This document shows positions 9,027-19,356 of a stretch of 58,344 nt of DNA, in pieces; positions within the stretch are counted from its first letter, which is position 1, and each line of letters starts with the position of its first letter. The position numbers were made by a program, and so were the translations under genes. The stretch comes from Gemmatimonadota bacterium. Its GTDB lineage: Bacteria > Gemmatimonadota > Gemmatimonadetes > Gemmatimonadales > GWC2-71-9. Where the stretch lies: contig JAWXBX010000122.1 of the NCBI GenBank assembly GCA_034440415.1, forward strand, positions 1 to 58,344, given 5' to 3'. The notes below the pieces were generated by a model. That model had not been told where the DNA came from. It ran no database searches and was given only the letters and a program-made list of their open reading frames with translations.

Positions 9027-9824
9027 ATGCGTACGACGTATTCTCTGGTTTGGCAGCTCCCGGTATGGGGTTTGCTCGTCTGTGCCCCGATTCTGTCCGC
9101 TCAGGATGTCCCGGTCGACGCCCGGCGGCCGCTGGTGACCCGCGCCGATCTGCAGAGCGCGCTCGATCAGGCTGATCAGATCGCTGGATCCGATGCCTAC
9201 AGCTTCGCGTTCAAGGAGGACAAGCGCGCCGAAGCGGCCCTCATCCGCGAACGCCTCCTTGAAGGGGATTTCTACGTCGGCGACCAGCTGAATATCCAGA
9301 TGACTGGCGATAGCGGTTTTTCCGGGGTGCAGACAATCCAGTTTGGACGCGTGCTCAGCGTGCGCGGCCTGCCGGACATCCCCATGAGGGGCGTCCTCCG
9401 TTCGGAAGTACAGGAGTACGTCACCACCCAGATCGCCCGGTTCCTGAAGGATCCGCAGGTGAAGGTTCGCCCGTTGATCCGCCTGACCGTGCTGGGGAGC
9501 ATCGGGCAGCCGGGGTTCCACCAGCTCGACGCGGATCTCATGCTCGGTGACGCACTCATGCAGGTTGGCGGGATCGGGAACGGGACGGAATTGAAGAAGT
9601 CGAAAGTCCGGCGCGGCGGAGTTGATATTATCGACGGGCAGACGTTTGCAAAGGCAATCACCGACGGGCTTACTCTCGACCAGCTGAACCTGCGGGCGGG
9701 CGATGAAATCGAAGTCGGCGCCAAGACCAAGACGAACTGGACGACGACACTGCGCACGTACGCGACGATCCCGGCACTGATTCTCAGCACCTACGCAGTC
9801 GGAAAACTGGTCGGTATTTTTTGA
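9027..9824 (+). CDS. Periplasmic polysaccharide export protein (Poly_export/SLBB, Wza-related short form)
   Basis: Signal peptide MRTTYSLVWQLPVWGLLVCAPILSAQD. ...GDQLNIQM...VRPLIRLTVLGSIGQPGFHQL... resembles Poly_export plus a soluble-ligand-binding beta-grasp. Predicted C-terminal TM helix. Confidence 0.75.
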   Translation: MRTTYSLVWQLPVWGLLVCAPILSAQDVPVDARRPLVTRADLQSALDQADQIAGSDAYSFAFKEDKRAEAALIRERLLEGDFYVGDQLNIQMTGDSGFSGVQTIQFGRVLSVRGLPDIPMRGVLRSEVQEYVTTQIARFLKDPQVKVRPLIRLTVLGSIGQPGFHQLDADLMLGDALMQVGGIGNGTELKKSKVRRGGVDIIDGQTFAKAITDGLTLDQLNLRAGDEIEVGAKTKTNWTTTLRTYATIPALILSTYAVGKLVGIF

Positions 9825-10606
9825 TACGTCGCACTGCAGACCGTCCACCGGATTCCTTGATGGCGCCCACAACAGGTCCCCGTACTGCGCGTTCGTCTGC
9901 CCGGGAACGCTGGCTGCGCCTGGTGGATGACACCACCGAGTCAGTTGTGCCGCGAGGGCGCTCGGAGCTGGCATCGCGGGCACTGAATTTCACCCTCGCC
10001 TTCCTGGCGCTGCTGGTGCTGTCGCCGCTGCTGCTGCTGATCGCTCTGGCGGTCAAGGTCAGCAGCCGTGGACCCGTGTTCTATTCGCAGACGCGCGTCG
10101 GAATCGACCGTCGGTGGAATCGAGCCCCCGCACCCGAGGGCGTCACGCGACGCGGCTTCGACCTGGGGGGCGGAGTCTTCACGATCCACAAGTTCCGCAC
10201 CATGTGCGTCAACGCCGAGCACCTGTCCGGCGCGGTCTGGGCCGCGCGGGAGGACCCGCGGGTCACCGCAGTTGGACGCTTCCTCCGCCAGTACCGCCTG
10301 GATGAACTGCCGCAGCTCTTCAACGTCCTGCAGGGCGACATGAATATCGTCGGCCCGCGGCCCGAGCGACCGAGCATCTTTTCCGAGCTGCGCCATCGCA
10401 TCCCGAGTTACGACTCGCGCCAGCGCGTCAAACCCGGGATCACCGGACTGGCCCAGGTGAACCAGCAATACGACCAGTCCCTGGACGATGTGCGCAACAA
10501 GCTGAAGTACGACCTTGAGTACCTCCGTCGGCAGAGCGTGTGGGAGGATATCCGGATCATGCTGAAGACGGTGCCCGTCATGCTCTTCCGGAAGGGCGGC
10601 TGGTAG
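9821..10606 (+). CDS. Polyprenyl-phosphate hexose-1-phosphate transferase (bacterial sugar transferase, priming enzyme)
   Basis: One TM helix ([20 protein letters not shown]), then [13 protein letters not shown]...KFRTM...[24 protein letters not shown]...[10 protein letters not shown], the WbaP/EpsB C-domain signature. ATGA overlap with the preceding gene. Confidence 0.9.
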   Translation: MIRRTADRPPDSLMAPTTGPRTARSSARERWLRLVDDTTESVVPRGRSELASRALNFTLAFLALLVLSPLLLLIALAVKVSSRGPVFYSQTRVGIDRRWNRAPAPEGVTRRGFDLGGGVFTIHKFRTMCVNAEHLSGAVWAAREDPRVTAVGRFLRQYRLDELPQLFNVLQGDMNIVGPRPERPSIFSELRHRIPSYDSRQRVKPGITGLAQVNQQYDQSLDDVRNKLKYDLEYLRRQSVWEDIRIMLKTVPVMLFRKGGW

Positions 10607-10610
10607 CCCG

Positions 10611-11498
10611 GTGGCGGTTTCGGCCATCGAGACGCAGGCCCCGCGCGCCTCGGTCACGCAGCAGATTGCTCAGCGTGCCCCGCTCATTCTCGCGGCGGTC
10701 GCGTTCGGGGTGCTATTCAGCCGGCCCGCCACGCTCCTCGCCCGGGACTGGTGGAACGACCCGGATGCAGGCCACGGCCTGCTCCTCGCCCCTCTCGCCG
10801 TCTGGCTTGCGTGGAAACGCGGCCTGCTCCCGGCGTCGCCGCAGCGGATCTCCGGTGGACTGCTCCTTCTCGCCGGAGTTGGCCTGCGCTACCTCTCGGG
10901 TCTCGCCGCCGAATTATTCACGATGCGCCTGTCGATGGTGCTGGCCGGGCTGGGCATCCTGATCTTCTTCCGGGGCGTGCGCCAGGCGGTGCACTGGTGG
11001 CTCCCCATCGTCCTCGTCGGTCTGTCGATCCCGATCCCCGCAGTCCTGACCAATACGCTCGCGCTCCCGCTGCAGCTGAAGGCGTCCTCGTGGGGAGCGA
11101 CCCTCCTCGCCGCGCGCCACGTCCCCGTCGAGCTCTCCGGCAACATCATCCGTCTGCCAGGGCGGGACCTCTTTGTCACCGAGGCCTGTAGCGGCTTGCG
11201 GTCGCTGACGGCCCTGCTTTCGCTCGGGGTGCTCGTGGGAGGACTGTGGCTGCGGCACCCTGTCAGTCGGTTGGCCCTGATCCTGTTGGCGCTGCCGGTC
11301 GCGATGGCGGTCAATGCGATTCGCGTCTTCCTCACCGGGTTCCTGGTCTACTTTGTCGATCCCAAGCTGGGGGAGGGATTCATTCATCTCAGTGAAGGGT
11401 GGCTCCTCTTCATCGTCGCCTTCATCATTCTCGGCGGCTTCACCTGGCTCGTCTCACTCGCAGAGTCTGCGCTTCGAGGAGCAGGCGATGACGCATGA
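10611..11498 (+). CDS. Exosortase (EpsH family)
   Basis: Polytopic. Conserved Cys motif LFVTEACSGLRSL, Arg motif AVNAIRVFLTG, His motif GFIHLSEGW. GTG start. Confidence 0.85.
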   Translation: MAVSAIETQAPRASVTQQIAQRAPLILAAVAFGVLFSRPATLLARDWWNDPDAGHGLLLAPLAVWLAWKRGLLPASPQRISGGLLLLAGVGLRYLSGLAAELFTMRLSMVLAGLGILIFFRGVRQAVHWWLPIVLVGLSIPIPAVLTNTLALPLQLKASSWGATLLAARHVPVELSGNIIRLPGRDLFVTEACSGLRSLTALLSLGVLVGGLWLRHPVSRLALILLALPVAMAVNAIRVFLTGFLVYFVDPKLGEGFIHLSEGWLLFIVAFIILGGFTWLVSLAESALRGAGDDA

Positions 11499-12126
11499 CT
11501 GGCGCACCTGGATCCCCGGTGGCCTTCTCACAGCCGGGTGCATTCTCACGTTCGGGGTGAATCAGCAACGATCGGTTCCCCTGCTCCAACCGCTCGACTC
11601 GATTCCACTCACCCTTGCCGGACAGATCGGGACTGCGGACACGATTTCGCAGGAGCAGCGGCTGGCCGCCGGCATGACGAGCTACATCTACCGGTACTAC
11701 GATCAGGCGACGTCGGTCTTGACTGTCTATGTGGGCTATTACGACCGCCAGACCCAGGGCAAGACAATTCATTCGCCCAAGAACTGCCTCCCTGGCTCAG
11801 GCTGGGAAACACTGCAGCAGTCACAGATTCCGCTGCCGACCACCATGGGTACCGTGCTGGTGAATCGATCGCTGCAACAAAAGGGGAACCAGCGCGCGCT
11901 GGTGCTGTACTGGTACCAGGGCCGGGGACGAATCGCCGCGGGGGAATATCGGGTCAAGTGGGAGCTGCTGCGTGATGCGGCGCTGCGTGGCCGGACCGAG
12001 GAGGCCCTGGTGCGGGTGGTCGTCTATTTGCAGCCGGGAACGAGCGAGCCCGATGCGAGTGCCAAGGCAGTACTGGCGGCCGCCGCGTTAGCCGAGAACG
12101 TGGCGAAGGTACTGCCGAACTGGTGA
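11488..12126 (+). CDS. epsI: EpsI-family exosortase-associated protein
   Basis: MTHDWRTWIPGGLLTAGCIL (anchor) ...YVGYYDRQTQGKTIHSPKNCLPGSGWE...LYWYQGRGR... is typical of EpsI. Overlaps the exosortase stop by 11 nt. The upstream part of the track ORF (11314) is rejected. Confidence 0.8.
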   Translation: MTHDWRTWIPGGLLTAGCILTFGVNQQRSVPLLQPLDSIPLTLAGQIGTADTISQEQRLAAGMTSYIYRYYDQATSVLTVYVGYYDRQTQGKTIHSPKNCLPGSGWETLQQSQIPLPTTMGTVLVNRSLQQKGNQRALVLYWYQGRGRIAAGEYRVKWELLRDAALRGRTEEALVRVVVYLQPGTSEPDASAKAVLAAAALAENVAKVLPNW

Positions 12127-12155
12127 TGCCGCGGCGGGGTCACCGCCTCTGCGGC

Positions 12156-13322
12156 TCAGAAGGGACGGCGGGTCGGCTCCCAGATCGGATTGAGCTCTCC
12201 GCGCAACGCTTTGGTCCAGGCGATAAAGCCCGCGATGTGACTCGCCAGGATGAAGCCGCAGGTCGATACCAGCCGAGGCAGATGCGTGCCCTCCGGGGCG
12301 AGGAGGGCGACCATCCCGAGGGCACTCCCCACACCGACAGCGATCAGCAGAATGAGGGCGACGGTGGAGTGCAGGCTGAGCAGCGCGAGTCCGAGTGGCG
12401 CGAGCGGCGCGGTCAGGAACACGAGCCAGCGTACCAGCTTGTGGGACCAGAGCATCCAGGCAAAACTGCGATAGCGAACTGGATTAAGGAGATGACGCTT
12501 GAACCAGAGCGTCTCCAGCCCGCGGGCCATTGTGCGGATCTTTCGGCGATACTCCCGCCGCAGCGAGGGCGTGCGGGGCACCAGACAAATCGCTTCATCC
12601 ACCGACACCGCGCGCAAGCCCTGCTCCCGCGCCGTCAACGCCGAGGCGAAGTCCCGGGACAGCGCAGCGGGCACCAGTCGTTCGTGGATTTCCAGGCGGA
12701 TCGCATAGAAGCAGCCGCTGGCCCCCACGATCGAGCCTACCCGAGTCTCCAGCGAGCGCACATTCATTTCGTAACCCACATACCCCGACTCGCCATCGTT
12801 TGCCTCGTCGGCGATGTTACCGACGCTCACATCCCGACCCGATGCCACCCCGACTGTGGGATCCTGAAACACGCTGATCAGTGGCTTGAGCGACGGCGGC
12901 AGAATCCGAATCGTCGCATCGGTGTTGACCACGATCTGGCCCGTCAAGTGCGCCAGCGCCGCGTTCTCTGCCGCGGTCTTGCCGCCACGCTCCGGGAGCC
13001 GGAGGAGTTCGACCCCTCGATCGGCGTAGGATCGCACGACCGTATCGGTCGCGTCGGTTGACGCATCCGAAACCACGAGGATCTGACGCCGGTCAGCGGG
13101 GTAATCGAGCGCAAGGAGGGACTCGATGGTCCGCTGAATCGCGCGCGCTTCATTGTAGGCGGGAACGACGATGCTGACCCGGGGCCACTCGGCCGGATCC
13201 GGTCGGGGTACCACCGGCGGCCGGCGACTCCCGATCAGGCGCAGCAGGAGCGGATACCCAACATACGCATAGCCCATCAGTCCGATGGGCAGGAGTACGA
13301 GCAGCATCCCGAGGGCAGTCAC
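12156..13322 (-). CDS. Family-2 glycosyltransferase with C-terminal TM helices (processive synthase-like)
   Basis: VSIVVPAYNEARAI...VVSDASTDAT...GGKTAAEN...VNTDATI, followed by several hydrophobic helices. GTG start. Confidence 0.85.
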   Translation of the reverse strand: MTALGMLLVLLPIGLMGYAYVGYPLLLRLIGSRRPPVVPRPDPAEWPRVSIVVPAYNEARAIQRTIESLLALDYPADRRQILVVSDASTDATDTVVRSYADRGVELLRLPERGGKTAAENAALAHLTGQIVVNTDATIRILPPSLKPLISVFQDPTVGVASGRDVSVGNIADEANDGESGYVGYEMNVRSLETRVGSIVGASGCFYAIRLEIHERLVPAALSRDFASALTAREQGLRAVSVDEAICLVPRTPSLRREYRRKIRTMARGLETLWFKRHLLNPVRYRSFAWMLWSHKLVRWLVFLTAPLAPLGLALLSLHSTVALILLIAVGVGSALGMVALLAPEGTHLPRLVSTCGFILASHIAGFIAWTKALRGELNPIWEPTRRPF

Positions 13323-13329
13323 GTCCGGC

Positions 13330-14022
13330 TCAGACCTCGCCTGGTCCCTTCTTGAGGTTCTCCGAGACGTTCAGCATCTGCCCTGCGAACGGCTTGAACG
13401 GGGAGTTGAGATAGGCGCGCACCAGCAGGGGAAGCATCGGAAGGTTCAGCCGCAGGGTCGACTTCATGTTCACGGGCATGAACCGCGGGAAATTGCCTCG
13501 ATTCTTGAATCCATAGGCCTCGAGGAAATCCAGCAGGCTCGCGTCGGTGAAGATCTGCATGTGGGTGTAGTCGTCGAAATACGTGGTGGAGCAGTACTTG
13601 AAGTTGGGCTGCATGAAGATCACCAGCCCGCCCATCTTCAACACCCGCCGCAACTCGGAGAGCAGGAGGATCAGATCGGGCCGGGTGAGGTGCTCGACCA
13701 GATTGCTGGCGAACGCCACGTCAAACTGGTCTTCCTCGAAGAACGGCAGTTCGGTGACCGAGCCAACGTGGGTGACCACGCCGGGGGCGGCGTACTCCGG
13801 GAAGCGGCTGAACACATCGACCGCGTGGCGCTCCTTCGCCGTCACGTTGTTGATGAAATTGCAGTAACCGGCACCGAGATCGAGCACCCGGGCATCGGCC
13901 GGGATATAGTGCTGCTGGATCCAGCGCACGACCTCGCGCCAGACCATGTCCCGCCTCGGGTCGAAGCCGAATCGCGTCTTGAAGTACGCGTCGTACAGCT
14001 CACCCAGTCCGTTCTTGGTCAT
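13330..14022 (-). CDS. Class I SAM-dependent methyltransferase
   Basis: SAM motif I ARVLDLGAGYCNF. ...FDVAFASNLVEHL...LKMGGLVIF. Confidence 0.8.
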   Translation of the reverse strand: MTKNGLGELYDAYFKTRFGFDPRRDMVWREVVRWIQQHYIPADARVLDLGAGYCNFINNVTAKERHAVDVFSRFPEYAAPGVVTHVGSVTELPFFEEDQFDVAFASNLVEHLTRPDLILLLSELRRVLKMGGLVIFMQPNFKYCSTTYFDDYTHMQIFTDASLLDFLEAYGFKNRGNFPRFMPVNMKSTLRLNLPMLPLLVRAYLNSPFKPFAGQMLNVSENLKKGPGEV

Positions 14023-14040
14023 TGGTGCCTCAGAAAAAAG

Positions 14041-16041
14041 TCACGGCCCGGGCGCCGCCTCACGGCGGAAGAGAGTCATCCGGGAAATCCTCAGCACCGG
14101 CGCGATTCCGCCGACGGGCAGGCGCAAGGTGCCGTGTACAGCCCATGCCGAGTCATTGCGCACATACAACGCCGTGGGTGGCTCTGTCGCGACCAGCCGC
14201 ATTCCCGCCGGCGGAACTGACGCGGCCGGCTGCAGGACGTAATTGGTCCGCGTCGATTGGCCAGCCCGCGACGCGTAATAGTACCACTCCAGGGGCGAGC
14301 CACCGTAGTTGCTGTCCGGCACGGTGCGATGTGCGAGCGGGAGAAAGGCATGCCGCAGGATCTCGCTGCGGAGGAACGCGCCCGCCGCGGACTGCTCATA
14401 CCCGCTGCCGATATCCACGATGGCTTCACCGACCTGCCGTGATGCGAGCTGCGGGCGCGGCTCTGGCGGCAGGACCAGCCAGAGCGCCAAGGCCGCACAT
14501 GCCCCTGCCACAATCCCCAACCTCCGTCGCCCTGATTCCGTGGTCATCGCGGGATCTCTCCAGAGCACCACCAGCGGAAGAACCATGGCGGGAACGAAGT
14601 AGTGTAGCGAGATCCGTGCCTGCAGGTAGAAGAAGAGAAATTGCGCTGCGGCCGTCGCGCCCATGATTCGAGCGACGCGATCCTGCCGCCACCATCCGAG
14701 GAGCATGACAGCTGGCAGGATCCCACCCGGAAGGATGACGTAGAGGAATCGTCGGAGATCCCGCCACTGTACATCCCACAGCCGCGCAGCGAGTGAACCG
14801 GTGTCGTGCTCGGTCCCAGGCGCGGGCAGTCCCAGCCCAGTGAGTAGCGCCGGCGCGATGCGTTCGATCATCATGCAGCTCGCGAGTGCCAGGAGGGCCG
14901 TCGCGAGGGGGGACCATGGCCGCGGGCGGAGCACAAGCCAGGCGATACCGCACCACAGGCCGCAGACCACCAGACCGCCCGGTGAGGTTGCATAGGTCAG
15001 GGCCAGGAATCCCGCGATCCAGCTGATTCGCCGTTCGAGGAATGCGTGGGCGAAGCCGAGGAACCAGGCGAGAAAGAGGGCATCCTCGGTCGCGGGCAAC
15101 GCAAGATCGGCATGATAGGGACTGTACGTCGCACTCCACGCCATGACCACCGTGAAGACGACCAGACCGGGCCAGAGCATCCAGCGGGCGAGCACGGAGG
15201 GCGCGGTCGCGCGCCCGAACTCGATGAGGGCGAGGAGTCCCGCGTAGATCGCCATCAGGAAGAGGAAGTAGGGTGCGCGAGCGGCCGCCTCGACCGGCCC
15301 GAGCAGACGGATGAACCAGGAGGTCGGGTAGGAGACGAGAAACGTCTTCAGTCCTGGATAGGTCGACATCTGGCCCGCCTCCGGGGGCCAGAACGGCGCG
15401 GGGGCGTGGAGCAGGAGGCGAGCAGACTCGAAGGCATGCGCCCCGTCGCCGTTAAAGCTCTCCCACAGGAGCTTGGGCGCCAGCAGAGCGGCCAGCACCA
15501 GCGTGATGGCAAGGGTCGAGAGCACCGCATGGCGACCTGCGGTTCCGCGCACCGGCGGCACGAACGACCCGACGCGGTCAACCCTCCACCATGCCACCAG
15601 CGCCGCGACGGCGGCGATGCTGATCAGCAACAGCGCGAATCTGGCGCCGAGGACGGGGATCCCGAGCAGCTGCGCGCCGGTGGTGGCCGGCGCGATCACG
15701 AGGATGCTCAGGGCGAGGCCCCGGAGCACCCAGGGGCCTTCGCCCTCCGCCCCGGCCCAGGCTGCCGCGAGGAGCAGCCCCGGTGCGAGGATGAGCAGCG
15801 ACGCCGACAGCATGACCATCGGTGCCCAGAGGTAGACCAGCACGACGTGGTCAGGGACCCAGTACGGGGCGAGGAGCCCGGACGCGGGCACGAGCGCCGC
15901 AGCCCGCGCCACTGCACCAGGATCGAGAGTGACCGGCAATGCGGCGAAGGCCAACACCAGGGCGAGCCGACCAATCCAGCTTCGGGCGATTGACATCAGC
16001 CGCCGCACGGGCAGTGAGCGCCGCAGTCGCCGGCCGGGCAT
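14041..16041 (-). CDS. Large polytopic membrane protein, function unassigned (candidate polymerase or GT-C-like enzyme)
   Basis: More than 10 predicted TM helices with a soluble C-terminal region of about 150 aa. No motif I can name. The start is trimmed to ATG 16041 (alternative 15996) so it does not overlap the upstream GT4 gene. Confidence 0.6.
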   Translation of the reverse strand: MPGRRLRRSLPVRRLMSIARSWIGRLALVLAFAALPVTLDPGAVARAAALVPASGLLAPYWVPDHVVLVYLWAPMVMLSASLLILAPGLLLAAAWAGAEGEGPWVLRGLALSILVIAPATTGAQLLGIPVLGARFALLLISIAAVAALVAWWRVDRVGSFVPPVRGTAGRHAVLSTLAITLVLAALLAPKLLWESFNGDGAHAFESARLLLHAPAPFWPPEAGQMSTYPGLKTFLVSYPTSWFIRLLGPVEAAARAPYFLFLMAIYAGLLALIEFGRATAPSVLARWMLWPGLVVFTVVMAWSATYSPYHADLALPATEDALFLAWFLGFAHAFLERRISWIAGFLALTYATSPGGLVVCGLWCGIAWLVLRPRPWSPLATALLALASCMMIERIAPALLTGLGLPAPGTEHDTGSLAARLWDVQWRDLRRFLYVILPGGILPAVMLLGWWRQDRVARIMGATAAAQFLFFYLQARISLHYFVPAMVLPLVVLWRDPAMTTESGRRRLGIVAGACAALALWLVLPPEPRPQLASRQVGEAIVDIGSGYEQSAAGAFLRSEILRHAFLPLAHRTVPDSNYGGSPLEWYYYASRAGQSTRTNYVLQPAASVPPAGMRLVATEPPTALYVRNDSAWAVHGTLRLPVGGIAPVLRISRMTLFRREAAPGP

Positions 16042-16063
16042 GCGGCGTTCGCTGTGCGGCGCG

Positions 16064-17212
16064 TCATCCGGCGGACCCGGCCACGCCGAGCACCGTGGCA
16101 TAAATGGCATTGTAGCGATCGACCCACGGCGCCACAGCGAACTCCTGCGCCAGACGGGCCTGTGCCAGGAGGGCACTGCGATAGGCCTGCTCTGGCGCCT
16201 CGAGGAGGGACTGGAGCGCCTTGCCCAGTGCAACGGGATCTTCTGGAGGCACAAGCGTCGCCATACCCTCAGGCAGGACGTCGGGCACGCCGCCGACTCG
16301 TGTCGCCACGATGGGGACGCCAACAGCCATGGCCTCGAACAGCACCATCGGAGTGCCCTCCGTTCGGGAGCTCAGCACGTACACATCAAATGCAGAAAAG
16401 TGCAGCCCGGCATCCGGGATTGCGCCGCACCAGCGCACCCGGCTCCCGAGGTCAAGCCGACGTGCCTGTTCTTGCAGGGCGGCCCGTTCCCGTCCCTCCC
16501 CAATCACGGCCAGGACGATTTCCGGGCTGGTGACATGCGGGAGCGCTTCGAGCAGGACATCCAGCCCCTTCTCCCGGCTCAAGCGCCCGACCCAACCGAG
16601 CACCCGGGGGCCTGGCGGGATACCGAGACGTGCCCGCGCCGCGGCCCGCGATGTGACATCCGGCCCGGCGACCCAGGCGTTGCGGACGAGGAGCGTACGG
16701 GCGGCAGGCACCCCGCGCCGCACCAGGTCCTTGCGCAAGGGCTCTGAAACCGCGGCCACCGCGCCGCAGCGGCGGTAGGCCATGACCTGGAGGCGCTCAT
16801 AGATCCGATTCTTCCGATCACCGCCGGTGAATCCATGGGCGGTGCTCACCTGCGGAAGCCGGGCGACTTTCGCTGCCAGTCCCCCGAGCACATCCGCCCG
16901 TGCGCCGTGGGTATGCACCACGTCCGGCCGCAACCGCCGGATCAACCGGTACCATGCTGCGATCTCGGACAGATAGCGACGGGGCGGAATCGGCAGCACA
17001 TGAACCGGGACACGATCAGCGCGAAGCCCCACCACGAATGAGTGCTCGCCGGGCTCTGGCTCCACAGCCCCCCCCACTTGGGCATCAACCCCCTGCTCAC
17101 GCTGCGCGCGCGCGAGCGAGCGAATGACGGTCTCGACACCGCCAGTTCGGCCCGGTACGACAAGGTGGAGAATGCGCAGGCATTGGGGAGGACGCCGTTG
17201 TGGCGAATCCAT
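16064..17212 (-). CDS. Family-4 (GT-B) glycosyltransferase
   Basis: LRILHLVVPGRTGGVE... and C-terminal SSRTEGTPMVLFEAMAVGVPIVATRVGGVPDVL (E-x7-E region). ATG 17212 is chosen. Confidence 0.85.
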   Translation of the reverse strand: MDSPQRRPPQCLRILHLVVPGRTGGVETVIRSLARAQREQGVDAQVGGAVEPEPGEHSFVVGLRADRVPVHVLPIPPRRYLSEIAAWYRLIRRLRPDVVHTHGARADVLGGLAAKVARLPQVSTAHGFTGGDRKNRIYERLQVMAYRRCGAVAAVSEPLRKDLVRRGVPAARTLLVRNAWVAGPDVTSRAAARARLGIPPGPRVLGWVGRLSREKGLDVLLEALPHVTSPEIVLAVIGEGRERAALQEQARRLDLGSRVRWCGAIPDAGLHFSAFDVYVLSSRTEGTPMVLFEAMAVGVPIVATRVGGVPDVLPEGMATLVPPEDPVALGKALQSLLEAPEQAYRSALLAQARLAQEFAVAPWVDRYNAIYATVLGVAGSAG

Positions 17213-17314
17213 AGAGCGCCCTGGGCAGCAAGGTTCAAGCCACCTACTGCTCAACCGCGAATGCAGCAAGCGAGCCGCTGCCCGCGCCACAGCATACCGG
17301 GAAAGGAGGTGAAA

Positions 17315-17330
17315 TGGTATGGTTCCTGCT
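17315..17330 (+). promoter_or_regulatory. Sigma-54 -24/-12 promoter candidate for the long plus-strand modification operon
   Basis: TGGTATggttcCTGCT: GG 17316-17, GC 17328-29. It lies 45 nt upstream of ATG 17375 and has the same TGGTAT -24 box as the 41960 site. Confidence 0.4.
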
Positions 17331-17374
17331 AAACCGCAGGGCCAACACGGTAGGGTCGAACTCCACGAGAGACC

Positions 17375-19234
17375 ATGAGCAACTCACCGCGCTCCACACC
17401 CGATCCGCTGGCGCCCATCATGCTGGGCCTGTGGTTCGGTATCACGTCCGGCCTGCTTGAGGCACTCGCTCGCCTCGCCATGAAGGAATTGGCAGGCGCC
17501 CCGATCCACCTCGGGGCCTATCTGGCATGGATGCCCGCGCTGGCGAACGCGGTGCTGTTCGCGGGCCTCGGCGCGGTATTCGCGATAGCGGCGGTCGTGC
17601 CGCGCCTGCGGGACCCGCGACTGTGGCTCGCGGTCTTCTCGTATCTCTGTGTCGTCAACCTGCTCTTGGTCTGGTCAGAGTCGATCGCCGTCTATGCGTT
17701 GGTGGTGCTCAGCGCTGGGGTGGCCTTTCAGGTCACCCGTACCCTCGTCCCGCGCTTCGCCACATTCCAACACCTGGTGAACCGGTCGGCCCCGGCGTTG
17801 CTCCTCGTCCTGCTTTTGATCGCTGGTGGCATCGAGGGATGGCGGGCCTGGCGCGCGCAACGGAGCGTTGGAACGGCCGCAGCGGCGGCGGGCCAGCCAA
17901 ACGTGCTCCTGCTGGTGCTCGACACGGTCCGGTCGCTCAACCTGGGTACGTATGGCTATTTCCGCGACACCAGCCCCGCAATGACCGCGCTGGGACGACG
18001 CGGGGTCGTATTCGAGCGGACGATCGCGGTCACTTCGTGGACCCTTCCCAGCCACGCCGCGATGTTCACGGGGCGCTGGATGCATGAGCAGGGAACCGGG
18101 TGGAAGGAACCGCTGGACGACCGGTGGCCCACGATCGCCGAGGAGCTCGGCAAGCGGGGCTACAGCAGCGGGGGGTTCATCGCCAACCTCAACTACCTCA
18201 GCCGGGAGTACGGACTGGCGCGCGGATTTGCGCACTATGAGGACTATGAGCTGACCTGGCGGCAGGCGCTCCGGAGCTCACAGCTTGGCCTCTGGGTCAG
18301 CCGCTTGCCCTGGGTAGATCGGCGCTTCGGTCCGCGTTTCGAGTGGACCCGCAAGCACGCCGGCGAACTCACCCGGAAATTTCTCGATTGGCAAGCGACA
18401 CAGGACCAGGGCCGTCCCTGGTTCGGCTTCATCAATTTCTTCGACGCCCACCGCGAGTACTGGGCGCCACAGTCATATCGCAGGATGTTTGTGGACGATT
18501 CCGCCCGGGCACCGGTCGTCCCGCGTTTTCCGCCCCCGCCCAACTCGGGGCGCCGCTATGGCAGGATCATTCCCATTGCGGAGTACGATCGCGCGATCCG
18601 CTACACGGATGACGAAATCGGAAAGATCCTGACGGAACTGGAGCGGCGCGGCGTGTTGCGGAACACCATCGTCATCATCACCTCGGATCATGGAGAGGAA
18701 TTTGAGGAGCACGGCTTCGTCGGTCACGGTAACAGCCTCTACCTGCCATCCCTGGCGGTCCCGCTGATTGTCGCACTGCCGGGCCGAGTCCCGGAGAATG
18801 TGCGGGTGACACAGACGGTGTCGATCCGCGACATCGCGGCGACGATCATGGACCTGATCGGCCCGGGCGAACCGTCTCCGTTCCCCGGCGCCTCGCTCGC
18901 CCGATTCTGGAAACCCGATGCGCCGACCACGGCGGACACAGTCCTCGCGGAACTCGGCTATGCCTGGGGCAAGCCCTCGTGGCTCCCGGTCTCCAAGGGC
19001 GACCTGGCCTCAGCCTTCGACGGACCGCGTCACCTGATCCGCGGAGGCGACGGCCGCCTTGAACTGTTCGACATCGGCTCGGATCGGTGGGAACAGGTCA
19101 ACTTCTACGGCGATTCTGCCGGACAGCCCAGGACCCGAGGGCTGCAAAGCATCATCGAATCCCTGCCCCGGCCCGACACGACGGGCCGTCCGCCGCCGAA
19201 TGACGCGGCCAAGATCACGCCTGGCGATGAATAG
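17375..19234 (+). CDS. Membrane-anchored sulfatase-fold (alkaline-phosphatase superfamily) protein, paralogue 1, with Thr in place of the FGly Cys/Ser
   Basis: N-terminal multi-TM module. Then NVLLLVLDTVRSLNLGTYGY...TSWTLPSHAAMFTGRW...ITSDHGEEFEEHGFVGHGNSLY. Confidence 0.85.
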   Translation: MSNSPRSTPDPLAPIMLGLWFGITSGLLEALARLAMKELAGAPIHLGAYLAWMPALANAVLFAGLGAVFAIAAVVPRLRDPRLWLAVFSYLCVVNLLLVWSESIAVYALVVLSAGVAFQVTRTLVPRFATFQHLVNRSAPALLLVLLLIAGGIEGWRAWRAQRSVGTAAAAAGQPNVLLLVLDTVRSLNLGTYGYFRDTSPAMTALGRRGVVFERTIAVTSWTLPSHAAMFTGRWMHEQGTGWKEPLDDRWPTIAEELGKRGYSSGGFIANLNYLSREYGLARGFAHYEDYELTWRQALRSSQLGLWVSRLPWVDRRFGPRFEWTRKHAGELTRKFLDWQATQDQGRPWFGFINFFDAHREYWAPQSYRRMFVDDSARAPVVPRFPPPPNSGRRYGRIIPIAEYDRAIRYTDDEIGKILTELERRGVLRNTIVIITSDHGEEFEEHGFVGHGNSLYLPSLAVPLIVALPGRVPENVRVTQTVSIRDIAATIMDLIGPGEPSPFPGASLARFWKPDAPTTADTVLAELGYAWGKPSWLPVSKGDLASAFDGPRHLIRGGDGRLELFDIGSDRWEQVNFYGDSAGQPRTRGLQSIIESLPRPDTTGRPPPNDAAKITPGDE

Positions 19235-19356
19235 CCCCGCGCCGGTCCTCGGCAGGACTCGCTGATGGCCTCGACGACCCGGTCTGGTGGCATCGCCCCG
19301 CGGATCCTATCGTTCGGGGTGATACAGCTTCGCCGGCTCGGCCAGCAGCCTGCGCC

